Assembly: GCA_964016885.1 (NCBI GenBank)
Contig: OZ024741.1
Coordinates: 231,260,001-231,324,000 of the forward strand
DNA: 64,000 bases
Direction: 5' to 3'
DNA from: Eledone cirrhosa
Taxonomy: Eukaryota
This document shows positions 24,090-37,084 of this stretch, in pieces. The position numbers and the translations under genes were made by a program. Each line of letters starts with the position of its first letter. Within the stretch, counting starts at the first letter, position 1. Under the pieces are notes generated by a model, which did no database searches, was not told the DNA's origin, and saw only the letters and a program-made list of their open reading frames with translations.

Positions 24090-24950
24090 CCTACAATGAG
24101 ATGCTATGTATGTTTTTCAATTTAAATGAGTAAATCTTCATATTTTCTGAGCTTGTCAAAATCATTAACAGCAAAATTTTGATCACAATAGATCTAATAT
24201 CAATCAATAAGCAGTCTTTGTTATTTTGGTCCTTTATTATAATATCCAGTTTTATAGCTTTGATGGTTCTGTCACTATGCACTTGAAAGTCCCAAGGAAT
24301 AGTTACATTTTCACCCCCAGTCAAAACCACAGGGTGATATTTATACCAGTTGCCAGCAGTTTTGGTTTTTATAATGGTGACATTTTATCCAGTATATATA
24401 TATATAGTCTACTGAGGGTAAAACTTTGAATCTTGATATTAAGTAGTCCATTGTTTCAATATCATCTTCACAGAATCGGCACTTCGGGTCTACTCAACTT
24501 CTCATCACATTGGCTTGCTAGTTCCGAGTTAATACGCTTTGATCTTGAGCCATGAGCTACTTAGCCACAGATGGATGTGTTTTTGGTAAACATCAACATT
24601 TTTCTACGGTCCACATATGCGCCATGTTTTTTGTTGAAGCCTTTTTTCTTAACTATTAATTACACATGCTTTGCAACAACAGTTACTACAGTTCCCTCGC
24701 CTTGTCCAGTCTGGATATTAGTCATGAGATCAATAGCAAATTGTTTCCCAATTTCCAAGCGCGCATGAAGCTTCTTAATCTTTGCATATTTTTCATCGTG
24801 TTTCAACAACCAGTCATTCACTGTTTCAAGATATTTGGCGAGTCTACTTGTAATTATTTAGTAAGACAGTTCAAATGGATCAAGCTTTGGCTGCCTTGAG
24901 TTGTGGGAAGTTATAAATTATCCAAATCTAATTTTGGATAATGGATCTTA
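24090..24950 (-). mobile_element. Decayed non-LTR element with restriction-like endonuclease (R4/NeSL-type) 3' fragment
   Basis: WDFQVHSDRTIKAIKLDIIIKD..CLLIDI resembles the WD..I.TD....RPDIV...CLIID motif of RLE LINEs. Confidence 0.65.
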
Positions 24951-25298
24951 TTATAAGTCAATAACGTGCGGAATTGTATGTCAAATACAGAATGGAATAT
25001 ATTAGCAGGGAGGTATATTCCTTTCTGTATATGTTAAAGTGATAAAAAAGTTTCCAGTAGCTGCCGTGATCCGTGTTCACAGAGAAAGCTGTTTTGTCCA
25101 AGTAATGACTTTGCTTGGAACTTTTTTTAGTGAAGAAAGAAAAACGATGCAATGGACCAACCACACTCTCTGAACAACTGTGACAGGTATAAAAGAAATC
25201 ATTCATTGCCATAGATTTGCATGATTTATATTGCAATCACGTTTCGAAGTCGCTGGGCTTCTCGCTCCCTCGGGCACCAAACCATGTATTACCATGTC

Positions 25299-25400
25299 AT
25301 ACATACATATATACATACATACATACATACATACATACATACATACATACATACATACATACATACATACATACATACATACATACATACATACATACAT
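25299..25400. repeat. (TACA)n microsatellite
   Basis: Directly visible. Confidence 0.95.
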
Positions 25401-25453
25401 TCATACATTTCTTTTCATGTAATATTATAATCCACTTGTTTTATTGATTGCAG

Positions 25454-25588
25454 CCTGTCACGCAGAATATTTTCAATCGGATTGTTCTAAGAAGTGCCAT
25501 TGCCTAAATGGTGAAACCTGCAATGTCATATCTGGTTTTTGTCCTAATGGATGTGAAAATGGATTCACGGGTAATGACTGTCATACGA
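25454..25588 (+). CDS. Internal exon of a host gene: one 8-Cys EGF-like repeat (MEGF10/11, SCARF or receptor-PTP type)
   Basis: ttgcag acceptor, gtaggt donor, 135 bp, phase 1-1; CHAEYFQSDCSKKCHCLNGETCNVISGFCPNGCENGFTGNDCHT. Confidence 0.88.
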
Positions 25589-25929
25589 GTAGGTATATGT
25601 AGTCTGCTAAATATTAAACTCAATAGAATAAATTTTTTCTAATTTAATTAATCGGAACACAGGTTTATCAACTTAACTAAAGTGGTCTTAATACAATTAT
25701 CCTTAAAAGATTTCCTTTATGCATTTTACTATTGCTATCCAAGTCATTACTAAACACCCATTATATTATCAATATAATGTTATCACTTTATTCCTAACAA
25801 ATAAATTTGATGATTTTATTATATATATATATATATAGGAACGATCGACTTTTGTCAAATCGGACCGAGGGAACAATGTTTCCGTTGGTCTTCCCAATTG
25901 CTAATACTATCTATCGGTCGCAACTCCAG

Positions 25930-26055
25930 GTAGAAGGAGCAACGTGAAATAAAGTGTCTTGCTCAAGGACATAACGCATCACCTGGTCCAGGAATCGAAA
26001 TCACAACATTACGATTGCGAATCCAATTCGCTAACCACTCAGCCACACGCCTTCA
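25930..26055 (-). mobile_element. tRNA-derived SINE family 2, 5' part
   Basis: A box GTGGCTGAGTGG, B-box-like ATTTCGATTCC, then GTCCTTGAGCAAGACACTT; related fragment at about 59165-59215. Confidence 0.75.
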
Positions 26056-26069
26056 CTATGTAAAAAAAA

Positions 26070-26098
<29 letters not shown>

Positions 26099-26100
<2 letters not shown>

Positions 26101-26356
26101 CAAAATATATGTTTTATTATATATATTTGGAAGGTACATTGCCGTTTTTTTCAGTATGTCCTCGTCAGATAAATTACATGAATTGATGTATGGCATAGCT
26201 CAACAGTTTTGATGGTTCAATTCCAATATTGGAATTGAACCATCAAGACCGTTGAGGTATGTCATACATCAATTCATGTAATTTATCTGACGAGGACGTA
26301 CTGAAAAGAACAGCAATGTACCTTCCAAATATATATAATAAAACATATATTTTGAT
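26099..26356. repeat. Imperfect palindrome of a Penelope-like terminal repeat with two degenerate hammerhead motifs
   Basis: Centre TTCCAATATTGGAA at 26221-26234; arms homologous to 26540-26680 and 30270-30410. Confidence 0.88.
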
Positions 26357-26399
26357 TATGTGAATGTCTTCATTTATTAATATTTTGAATAATATTAAT

Positions 26400-29300
26400 A
26401 ACTCCAGAAAACTGCTTTGGAGAGTGCTTTTAATCTATTGTAAAACTATATTCATTGAGTAATCAATGAACCATATTAATCTTTGGTTATATATATATTA
26501 TTCAAAATTTTAACAAATGAAAGATATTCACATAATCAAAATCAAAATATATGCTTTACGATATATATTTTAAAGGTACTGTGTTGGTTTTTTTCAGTAC
26601 GTCTTCATCAGATAAAATATATGATTTGATATATGACATACCGCTACGGTCTTGATTATACAATTCCAGTATTGGAAGTGATTTAATTCATCAAATCTCA
26701 ATGTTTATATACCACAACTAATATGATAAACTTAAAGAAGAAAAGGACGTAGAGCAAATTAGAGATATGAGAGAGGGCGTAAATAGTAGGAAAGGTAAGA
26801 AAAAAGTACATAAATAAATAAATACATAAATAGATAAAAGAATTATATGAAAAAGAAGAGAGGAATAACGACAAAAGATGGAAAGTGTAAGGAAAGTAAA
26901 GGGAACAGAGGAGGATAAAGAAAAATAAAGAAAAATAAAGGAACATCAAATAGAGGGGGAGGAGAAAAAAACGTTGTTTTCAAATGCTAGATCAAATAGG
27001 ACATGCAATCAATTCAACTAAATAATTGAATATCATTAGTATTTGATTATGCATTAGCTAATTCTACTTATATATTATATTAAAATTAATCAGTATAGAT
27101 TATTTTCTATAGCAATCACATATATCATTTAATTAAAAATTTATATAATTTAATTTAACTCATTATAAAGTATTATTTTTAATTTTAAGGTAAGATATTC
27201 TATAAATATTTTGTTACAACTTTAAAAGAATTAATTTATAAAGCGTATTTAAATAATTATTACATATTTATTAAAATCTAATACCATACATAAATCAGCA
27301 TCAATACATATAATATATTTATATTCTATATTACTCAAATTATTTAATTATGATATTCACTTCATAAAATCTTCACTATTCATTAATTTTCATTTAATTT
27401 CTAGGATTAAACAGCAGTTACATTTACACTCAAAAGTTTAATTTCATAAATTTAATGAAAGGTTATATTTACTTATGTATTTACTTATTTTGATATATAG
27501 TTTCATTTTAATGATAGTCTTTATATTATTAGTCTACATATTTCAAAACTAATATAAGTCAGCAAGCTAGTCAAAAATAAAGGAATTTTTTACGGACAAT
27601 GTAAACAAAAGGAAGATAATTCATTCACCATATACAAACCTTTATAACATATCTCTACTTACACATTCCGCGATATTTTGGAAAACATAAATCATTTATT
27701 GCAAATATTATGAAATATGTGGAGTTAATTATTGAACTATCTTAATCAAAGCATAGGATAACGAGACTGCTAATGAAATAATTCTAATACATATAAATAT
27801 CAATAAATTATTACCACAATAAGGCAAAAGCATATATATATTAAATTATTAATTGTCAATATGTTTTGGAAACTTGTACAATGCTTGGAAAGTTTTATCA
27901 ATTTTATGGTGACAGCTACTGAATAATTCGCTTTTTTTGTTGATTAAATTGTCATAATTTGTAATTATCTGTAGAATCTCGAAGTTACAAAGATTGCAAT
28001 TTTGCGAAATAGTTGCGTTCTGATAGGAATTGGTTTTCCTTTAACTTGGTCCAAAAGATGGATTGTAGATGAAGTGGTGCCAGTATAGTTATATATATTA
28101 TTATTTCTCTTAATGGTACATTTATAGACTATATTCTTGTCAAGGCAATTATTTTGTAAAGGACATTCAGACTTCTGTCTACAATTACATTGCTTCTCAA
28201 TGTTATTTCCAGACTTTAAACTATTCACATTATTTTTTTTACATATGTACTACTATTATTCCTATTTCAAATATTATTGTTATTCTCGTTAACTAATGTA
28301 TTGCTATTATTATCGTTATTATTGCTAATTATATGTCGGTTCAAATTATGATTTTTACTATTTATTTTTGCTATATTCTCAGCAATATTCATAGTTATTG
28401 AATAAGAAAGTTTAACTGTGTGTCCATTGAAAATAGAGTAATATTGTTGTGACCTAGGGAACCATTTATCCAGGGCTTTAAAAAATAAGTGTGCTACCGA
28501 TGTTTTAATAGGTAAAGGTGCTGGCTGAGCATACCAAATGATAGATTTAGTTCTTGTTATTTTCCCCGATTTATTCCTCGAGTTGTTTTTATATTCATTT
28601 TTATTATGATTAGTGTGATTATAATTACGATTATTTTCAGTATTTTTTTCTATATACTCAATATTATTGTTATATCCAGCTTTATGTAACGCTTCATTAT
28701 AATATACAGCCTTACTATTAACTATGGATCAATAATCAGATAGCCTGGATATTCGTTGTTGTGCACAGTTGACTATTGCATTCTTAACACTTTTAGGATG
28801 ATTAGAATAAAAACTAACATAATTTAAATTCTCATTGAGTTTATGGAAAGGATAATAAAGGCCTGAGTTCAAATTAAGAGTCACGTCAAAAAAAAGAACT
28901 ATTTTGTTATCATTTTCTACTTCTAATTTCAGGTTGTAATTAAAAAAAAATTCTATAATTACTTTCTTTACTCTATTTAATTCACTATTATTATGTTTGT
29001 CTACAATAAATAGTATGTCGTCTCTATACAAACCTCCAGTAATCTCCGGCAATTTTCTATTTATCATGTTAAGGATAAAAATTACCACAAGATCTGTAAC
29101 TTTCGCCGAATCAGACGAACACATAGTAATGTCAAAATCTTCCGTCTATCTGATCTAGTCCAATGATCATTATTAAAATCAAACAAAGTTCGCCTTGCTG
29201 TTAATATAATATTTATCTCATCACTAGATAAGTCCGTATGTTTATATGCATATGATAGCGCCTTATTTAAAAGATTAGGAGTTATCGAGGAAAAATAACT

Positions 29301-30718
29301 CGTTACGTCCATTTTAAATGAAATTGTAATTATTTTTATTTTTTTATATTATTGAACCAATCTATGACTTCACTAGTGCCTTGCCATAGGTTTAGCCATG
29401 AACTCAATTTAAGTGTTGGTAAAATCCTATTATGTTTTTTCCTAATTATTCCAAGATCTGATTTTGAAGGTGCTATAAGTCTAACTGGCATGTCCTCCTC
29501 GAAATTTCTTTTATGGTCTTTAAAATTTATTCGCGTTTTCTTAGGTATGAAGGTTTCAGTTTTCCGCTCTATTCCAAGATTGGTGATAATTTCAAATGCA
29601 TCATTATTAATATCCAATAAATCCTCACTTGCGGCCTTTTTTATAATTTTTCCTCAATTCTTTTAGAATTAAGTCATTATATTTTGTTCTTTGAATCCCA
29701 TATAGGTTGTTCGTTTTGTCTGATTTCACTAATATTTTATTTATCTTTTGCATGTCCTTAATTTTTTCCTTTAGACCTCTGAGGTATTCCTGGCCTCTAT
29801 ATATTTTTTTTAAATTTAATATTCCTTAATATATGAATAATTTCTTTTTCAAACTTAGACAAGTGTTTGTTGTAAGGAGGATTTTTCCTAGATTTAAAGA
29901 TGTGATCAAAATTATTGTTGGTGTTTTTCTTATCCATTTTCTCTTTATGCTTCAAGTGGGAAGCACGCCACCGCAGTCTTCTTATGAATGAGTTGGTTTT
30001 GCCAATAAGTTGTCTCATATATTCTTCGTTAGATGGTAGAGGAATATTCTTCAGAGATGCAGAAATCCTTAAGAATTCTATCATTTATTCGTAATCTATT
30101 GCAGAAGATGCGCTCAACCTTCAGGGAGCTAAATATGACCAACGATTAATATGGTTCGTTGATTACGCAATGAATACAATTTTACAATAGATTAAAAGCA
30201 CTCGACAGTAAAAGTTTCCTGGAGTTTTTAATATTATTCAAAATCTTAACAAATGAAAGATATTCACATAATCAAAATATATGCTTTATTATATATATTT
30301 CAAAGGTACTGTGTTGTTTTTTTTCAGTACGTCTTCATCAGATAAAATATATGATTGGATATATGACATACCGCTACGGTCATGATTATACAATTCCAGT
30401 ATTGGCAGTGATTTAATTCATTAAATCTCAATGTTTATATACCACAAATAATATGATAAACTTAAAGAAGAAAAGGACGTAGAGCAAATTAGAGATATGA
30501 GAGAGGGTGTAAATAGGAGGAAAGGTAAGACAAAATAAATAAATACATATATAAATTCATACATAAATATATAAAAAAAATATATAAAAAAGAAGAGAGG
30601 AATAACGAAAATCGATGGAAAATGTAAGGAAAGTAAAGCGAACAGAGTAAAGTAAAATAAAAAAAACTTCAAATAGAGGGGGATAGAGAAAAAACCCTTG
30701 TTTTCAAATGCTAGATCT
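26400..30718 (-). mobile_element. Penelope-like element (Naiad-like), near full length with two about 580-bp direct pseudo-LTRs, ORF disrupted
   Basis: ORF remnants 30084 to about 27950: KNIP N-terminus, YRDD RT, SNHP, CxCx5CPL linker, GIY-YIG (IVYKC..YTGTT); direct repeats at about 26400-26995 and 30140-30718. Confidence 0.9.
30284..30347 (-). ncRNA. Type I hammerhead ribozyme, canonical core
   Basis: UUUUAU-CUGAUGA-[AGACGUACUG/CAGUACCUUU]-GAAA-UAUAUA-UA-AUAAAG; palindromic helix III. Confidence 0.8.
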
Positions 30719-32830
30719 TGTGGGAAATCTTATCCTTAACATGATAAATAGAAAACTGCCGGAGATTACCGGAGGTATATATAGAGACGACATACTATTT
30801 ATTGTAGAAAAACTTAATATTAATGAATTAAATTGAGTAAAGAAAGTAATTATAGACCTTTTTTTTAATTACAACCTGAAATTAGAAGTAGAAAATAATA
30901 ACAAAATGGTTATTTTTTTAGACGTGACTCTTAATTTGAACTCAGGCCTTTATTATCCTTTCCATAAACTCCATGAGAATTTAAAGTATGTTAGTTTTTA
31001 TTCTAATCATCCTAAAAGTGTTAAGAATGCAATAGTCAACACTGTACTACAACGAATATCCAGGCTGTCTGCTAATAGATCCATAGTTAATAGTAAGGCT
31101 GTATATTATAATGAAGCGTTACATAAAGCTGGATAGAACAATAATATTGAGTATATAGATAAAATTACTGAAAATAATCGTAATTATAATTTCACTAATC
31201 ATAATAAAAATGAATATGAAAACAACTCGAGGAATAAATCGGGGAAAATAACAAGAACTAAATCTGTCATTTGGTATGCTCAGCCAGCACCGTTACCTAT
31301 TAAAACACCGGTAGCACACTTATTTTTTAAATCCCTGGATAAATGGTTCCCTATGTCACAAAAATATTACTCTATTTTCAATGGACACACAGTTAAACTT
31401 TCTTATTCAATAACTATGAATATTGCTGAAAATATAGCAAAAATAAATAGTAAAAATCTTAATTTGAACCAACATATAATTAGCAATAATAACGATAATA
31501 ATAGCAATACATTAGTTAACGAGAATAACAATAATATTTGAAATAGGAATAATAGTAGTACATATGTAAAAAAAATAATGTGAATAGTTTAAAGTCTGGA
31601 AATAACATTGAGAAGCAATGTAATTGTAGAGAGAAGTCTGAATGTCCTTTACAAAATAATTGCCTTGACAAGAATATAGTATATAAATGTACCATTAAGA
31701 TAAATAATAATATATATATCTATATTGGGGTCACTTCATCTAAATTTAAGAAACGCTCTCTTCGTGAAACCTCATAGACAGTCTTTTATTAAACCAGATA
31801 AGATAATTTTCAACTTCACTTTCACAATTAATATGGTATTTAAAGGACAATAATACTAAATACTCCATCTTTGGGAACAAGTTAAAGAAAACTAATTTCT
31901 ATCAGAACGCAACTATTTCGCAAAATTGCAATCTTTGTAACTTCGAGACTCTACAGATAATTACAAATTATGACTATTTAATCAACAAAGAAAACATATA
32001 TTCAGTAGTTGTCACCATAAAATTGGTAAAACTTTTCAAGCTTTGTCCAAGTTTCCAAAACATATTGACAATTAATAATTTAATATATATATATGCTTTT
32101 GCCTTATTGTGGTAATAATTTATTGATATTTATATGTATTAGAATTATTTCATTAATAGTCTCGTAATCCTATGTTTTGATTAGGATAGTTCAATATTTA
32201 ACTGGACATAATTTATGATATTTGCAATAGATGATTTATGGTTTTCAAAATATCGCAGAATGTATCAGTATAGATATATTATAAATGTTTGTATATGGTG
32301 AATGAATTATCTTCCTTTTGTTTACATCGTCCGTAGAAATGTCTTTTCTTTTTGCCTAGCTTGCTGAATTTTATTAGTTTTCACATATGTAGACTAATAA
32401 TATACAGACTATCATTAAAATGAAACTATATATCAATATAAGTAAATACAGAAGTAAATATAACTTTTCATTAAATTAATGAAATTAAACTTTTGAGAGT
32501 AAATCTAACTGCAGTTTAATCCTAGATATTATATGAAAATTAAAGAATTTGGAAGAGTTTATTTATGAAGGGAATATCATAATTAAATAATTTGAATAGT
32601 ATAGGATCTTAATATATTATATGTATTGATACTGATGAAGATGTACTTAAAAAAAAACAACACGATACCTTTGAAATATATATAATAAAGCATATATTTT
32701 GATTATGTGAATATCTTTTATTTGTTAACATTTTGAATAATATTAAAAATTCCAGGAAAACTATTCTATCGAGTGCTTTTAATCTATTGTAAAATTGTAA
32801 TCATTGAGTAATCAACGAACCATATTAATG
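30714..32830 (+). mobile_element. 5'-truncated inverted copy of the same Penelope-like element
   Basis: Starts at RT motif DLVG, reverse-complementary to 29094-27250, then a deletion joins it to the terminal repeat with hammerhead core at 32632-32690. Confidence 0.9.
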
Positions 32831-32833
32831 TTT

Positions 32834-32870
<37 letters not shown>

Positions 32871-32939
32871 AGTATTTCCGTAGGAAGGGTAAATGAAAGG
32901 AGAGGATCTATGTATGCTATAGAGCTATTTAATTATGTA

Positions 32940-33168
32940 ATAAACAACATACGACAGTTATTCCATTTACAAGGTGTTTCACGAAGACAGACTAGCACAA
33001 AAGAGACGTCTGAAATCGCTCATCATAATGAACATTTAATATGGACGTAAGATATTTCGTGTAAATTAGATTTTCATTCTGATCAGCGATTCCGGACGTC
33101 TCTGCTGAGCTCGTCTGTCTTCGTGAAACCTCTGGTAAATGGATAATTGTCTTATGTTGCTTATTACA

Positions 33169-33170
<2 letters not shown>
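32940..33170. ncRNA. Inverted pair of hammerhead motifs (32962-33032 minus, 33073-33143 plus)
   Basis: UUCAUU-CUGAUCA-[long helix II]-GAAACCUCUGGUA-AAUGGA; the opposite arm has core AUGAUGA, so the consensus is CUGAUGA. Confidence 0.7.
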
Positions 33171-33220
<50 letters not shown>

Positions 33221-33464
33221 CAATGTAATCTGAGTTTTTCGAATATCAATAATAATATTCAATTCGTTTGTAATTATTCAAACAACCTCTTTTAAGAGCC
33301 ATGTTAGTACAATGTCACTCTCATTTTTTTCTTTTGTGCTGGCATATAAACAGAACTGTAGACACTAATGTTTCTGGTTGATTACCCTTCATCGGTGCAG
33401 TTTACTGCTCACCTGGCAACTGTCAGAGCTAGTGAAGATATATATTTTATGAAATATACAATGA

Positions 33465-33575
33465 CGGATCGGCCTCATTTGCATATCAGCAGATTCACTG
33501 ATCAGTCAGATCTGCATATTAGGAAATCCACTGATTGGCGAGATTTGCATATTAGTAGATCGGCCAGTCAGATTG
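33465..33575. repeat. About 27-bp tandem repeat containing ATTTGCAT
   Basis: Three to four units of about TGATCRGNCAGATTTGCATATTAGNAGAT. Confidence 0.7.
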
Positions 33576-33617
33576 ATGTATACGAGCGACTAATGGCCGG
33601 CGTTGGCGATAACTGTT

Positions 33618-33853
<236 letters not shown>

Positions 33854-34055
33854 ACAAATATTTGCTCTTCGGTTCTTATATATTTGATATATATTTTCCT
33901 TATCGAGCCCTCTTTGGATTTTAGTCTTCAATTTTATTATTATTACTATATATATATATATATATATACGTAGGTCCCGGGTTGAGTCGGGGATAACCAC
34001 AGTAAGTAAGGTACTCAATACAAGGCACAGTAACATTTTTTTATTTTATAGAAGG

Positions 34056-34106
34056 AGCTTCTACAGGACTAGTACTGTTTCATTCAGATGAAATCTTCAG
34101 GAAGCT
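34056..34106 (-). ncRNA. Type I hammerhead ribozyme, canonical core
   Basis: AGCUUC-CUGAAGA-UUUCAUCUGAAU-GAA-ACAG-UACUAGUC-CUGU-A-GAAGCU: 6-bp helix I, 4-bp helix III, GUA cleavage triplet. Confidence 0.85.
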
Positions 34107-34549
34107 GGGTGTCATATTTAGTTCTGGTATTTATACATTTAGGTTTTGGTAAAGGAGGGGTGGTGGAAGGGGAGGGGGTATTTAGATACACAGGACCACT
34201 TCATGGCACAGGCCGTTTTTTCTTTGGGGAGTGGTCAATTAGCCAGAGTGCTTTTTTGAAATAAATAAATAAGTAAATAAATAAATAAATGAATAAATAG
34301 ATAAAAGAATAAATAAATAAAATAAATAAAAAAATAAATAAAAATAATAAAAATAAATAAATAAAAACCCCAAGAATAGTAATTCAACAGATATATAGTA
34401 GGGAAATTTAGGTGGGTTGGTAATAGAAATTAAACATTTAATAAGACCGAATCATGGCACAGACTGGGGTGAGTGGTCAAGTTAACATACAAGCCACAGG
34501 TGGCCAAAGTGTTTTTGTAGGAGGGAAAGAAAAAAATATATTTATATAC

Positions 34550-34630
34550 TCACAACCACATACAAAAACACTTACACACACATATATATACACACATATT
34601 TAAACACTTACACACACATATATATATACC

Positions 34631-34690
<60 letters not shown>

Positions 34691-34998
34691 CACACCTACA
34701 CATTCACACACATATACACACATATACATATACATATATATATATACACATATACACACGCACACATGTGTGTGCCTATACACATACACACACACATACA
34801 TATACACACACACACACATACATACATACACATATATACATATATACACAAGAAAAACACAAACACACAAATATACACACACACACAAATATACACACAC
34901 ACACGCATACACATACACACACATATATATCTACACAAACACACGTGCGCATACACATACATATATATATACACATACACATACACATAGATATAAAA

Positions 34999-35034
<36 letters not shown>

Positions 35035-35043
35035 ATACACACA

Positions 35044-35075
<32 letters not shown>

Positions 35076-35230
35076 CATACATATATACATTTATATACAT
35101 ATATACAAACACACACATACACATTTACAAGCACACACGCATACATACACATACATACAAATAAGTACACATAAACGCATATGCACAAACACGCACGCGT
35201 TCGCACTCATACATGTGTCTATAGTATACA
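34550..35230. repeat. Compound CA/TA/TACA microsatellite field
   Basis: Directly visible; explains the low-complexity ORFs here. Confidence 0.9.
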
Positions 35231-35264
35231 TGTAGTGAGACCAATTTTAATTTTAAATTTTAAA

Positions 35265-35720
35265 TTTTAAATTTTAAACTGGGCCTGATAGAGGATACAA
35301 TAATTAATGTCACTATTAAGTTATTAATATTATCATCCCGCCGAGGTTGACTTTGCCTTTCATCCTTACGGGGTCGATAAAATAAAGTACCAGTAATGTA
35401 CTGGGTAATTGCTGGCCTTGTGCCTAAAGTAGAAACAAATATTATCATCAAGTAATTAATTACTATTTATTATTCATTACTTACAATTTTACAATTTTAA
35501 ATTTTAAACTGGGCCTGATAGAGGATACAATAATTAATGTCACTATTAAGTTATTAATATTATCATCCCACCGAGGTTGACTTTGCCTTTCATCCTTACG
35601 GGGTCGATAAAATAAAGTACCAGTAATGTACTGGTTAATTGCTGGCCTTGTGCCTAAAGTAGAAACAAATATTATCATCAAGTAATTAATTACTATTTAT
35701 TATTCATTACTTACAATTTA
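35265..35720 (+). repeat. About 240-bp tandem duplication, each unit containing the 3' half of SINE family 1
   Basis: 35270-35490 is nearly identical to 35500-35720. Confidence 0.9.
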
Positions 35721-36877
35721 CCATTCACTATTCGTTACCTATCTTTTATCCTTTATCTATTCATTACCTAATCATTCACTCATAAATTAATAAATAAATG
35801 AATGAGTTAACTAACAAACAAACAAACAAACAAACAGATAAACAAATAAACCAGTAAATAAGTAAATAAATAAACAATTAAATAAATAAATGGATAAATA
35901 AATAAATAAGTAAATAAAGTAACTAAATAAATAAATTAATTAATTAATTAATATATAGTTAAATAGATAAATAAATTATGAACGTGTGCGTGCAGCAATT
36001 CATAACTGCGCGTATGCAAACATGAGCAGGTATATACGTGAATTTGTGTGTGCGGCCACGGAACTTTACTCAGAGGCATACAACACAATATATAATCCTG
36101 GAGGGGAGGAAAGAAGGTAATAATGAGAGATAGAGGGGAGGAAAGAGGGTAATAATGAGAGATGGAGGGACGGAAATGGGATGGGGGGCGGGGGGTGATA
36201 TGGGGGGGGGGTCAGTCGGGGGGCCGGAGGGGTCTGTAGTTTTTGTAATTTGCATAGTTCTTGTGCATGCAATTAGGGGAGTGTTCCGAGATATTGTTGA
36301 GGAGAGGGCCTTTGGCGAATAGAATCTCATAGCTCTCGGAGATACAGAGGTCACAGCAATTATGGCCTCCCGTGTATGATCGCGCTCTCTGGAGTAGTCT
36401 CCATTGGGTCTTGAAGGGGATGGAGTTCCTTTTTAGGTGCCAGATGTGGGCGGCGTGTGTAGTCTGGTTAGATTTGTCTGGGCACTGGAACGAATGTGTG
36501 TGGGCGTACCATCGAGTTTTAAAACTATTAGAAGTCATCCCGATGTACGAGTTTCTTTTTTCATCGGGGCCTGAGAGTACATCGCATATATAGACGAGAT
36601 CTTTTTTTAGACAGTTGTTGTTGAGAGGGCAGGTCGTCTTATCAGGGCAATTGCAGTTGCTATCGGTTGCTGGATGGGCTTCGGAAAAAGTAGACTTATT
36701 TAGCTTCTTGATGTTGTTGTTGGCTACGTTTCTAGCTAGATTAGGTGTGGTAGAGTAAGAGAGTCTAATGGTATTCTTATTAAGGATAGTATAGTACCTA
36801 TGTTGGGTGGGGAAGAGTTTTTGTAAGAGAGTGAAGAAAATTTATCTATAAATATATAAATGGAAAATATATATATA

Positions 36878-37005
36878 AATGGAAAAAATGAAATTTCATT
36901 TCTCACTCTTAGTACGGCTGATACTTAAATATAAGTATGAATACGTACATACATATATGTATACAGACGTACAGTAGTATGTATATATATACATACATGC
37001 ACACC

Positions 37006-37084
<79 letters not shown>

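Larger units (their letters stand above)
33970..36845 (-). mobile_element. 3' part of a second Naiad-like Penelope element with a long microsatellite-rich 3' UTR
   Basis: 36212-36840 encodes LSYSTTPN, CNCPDKTTCPL, LVYIC..YIGMT, CCDLC; hammerhead near the 3' end. Confidence 0.82.

Noticed and set aside
25960-26055. Genuine tRNA gene
   Set aside because: Runs directly into a SINE body and has no good acceptor stem.
34550-35235. YI, HT and CV-repeat ORFs here and at other (TA)n tracts
   Set aside because: Translations of microsatellites.
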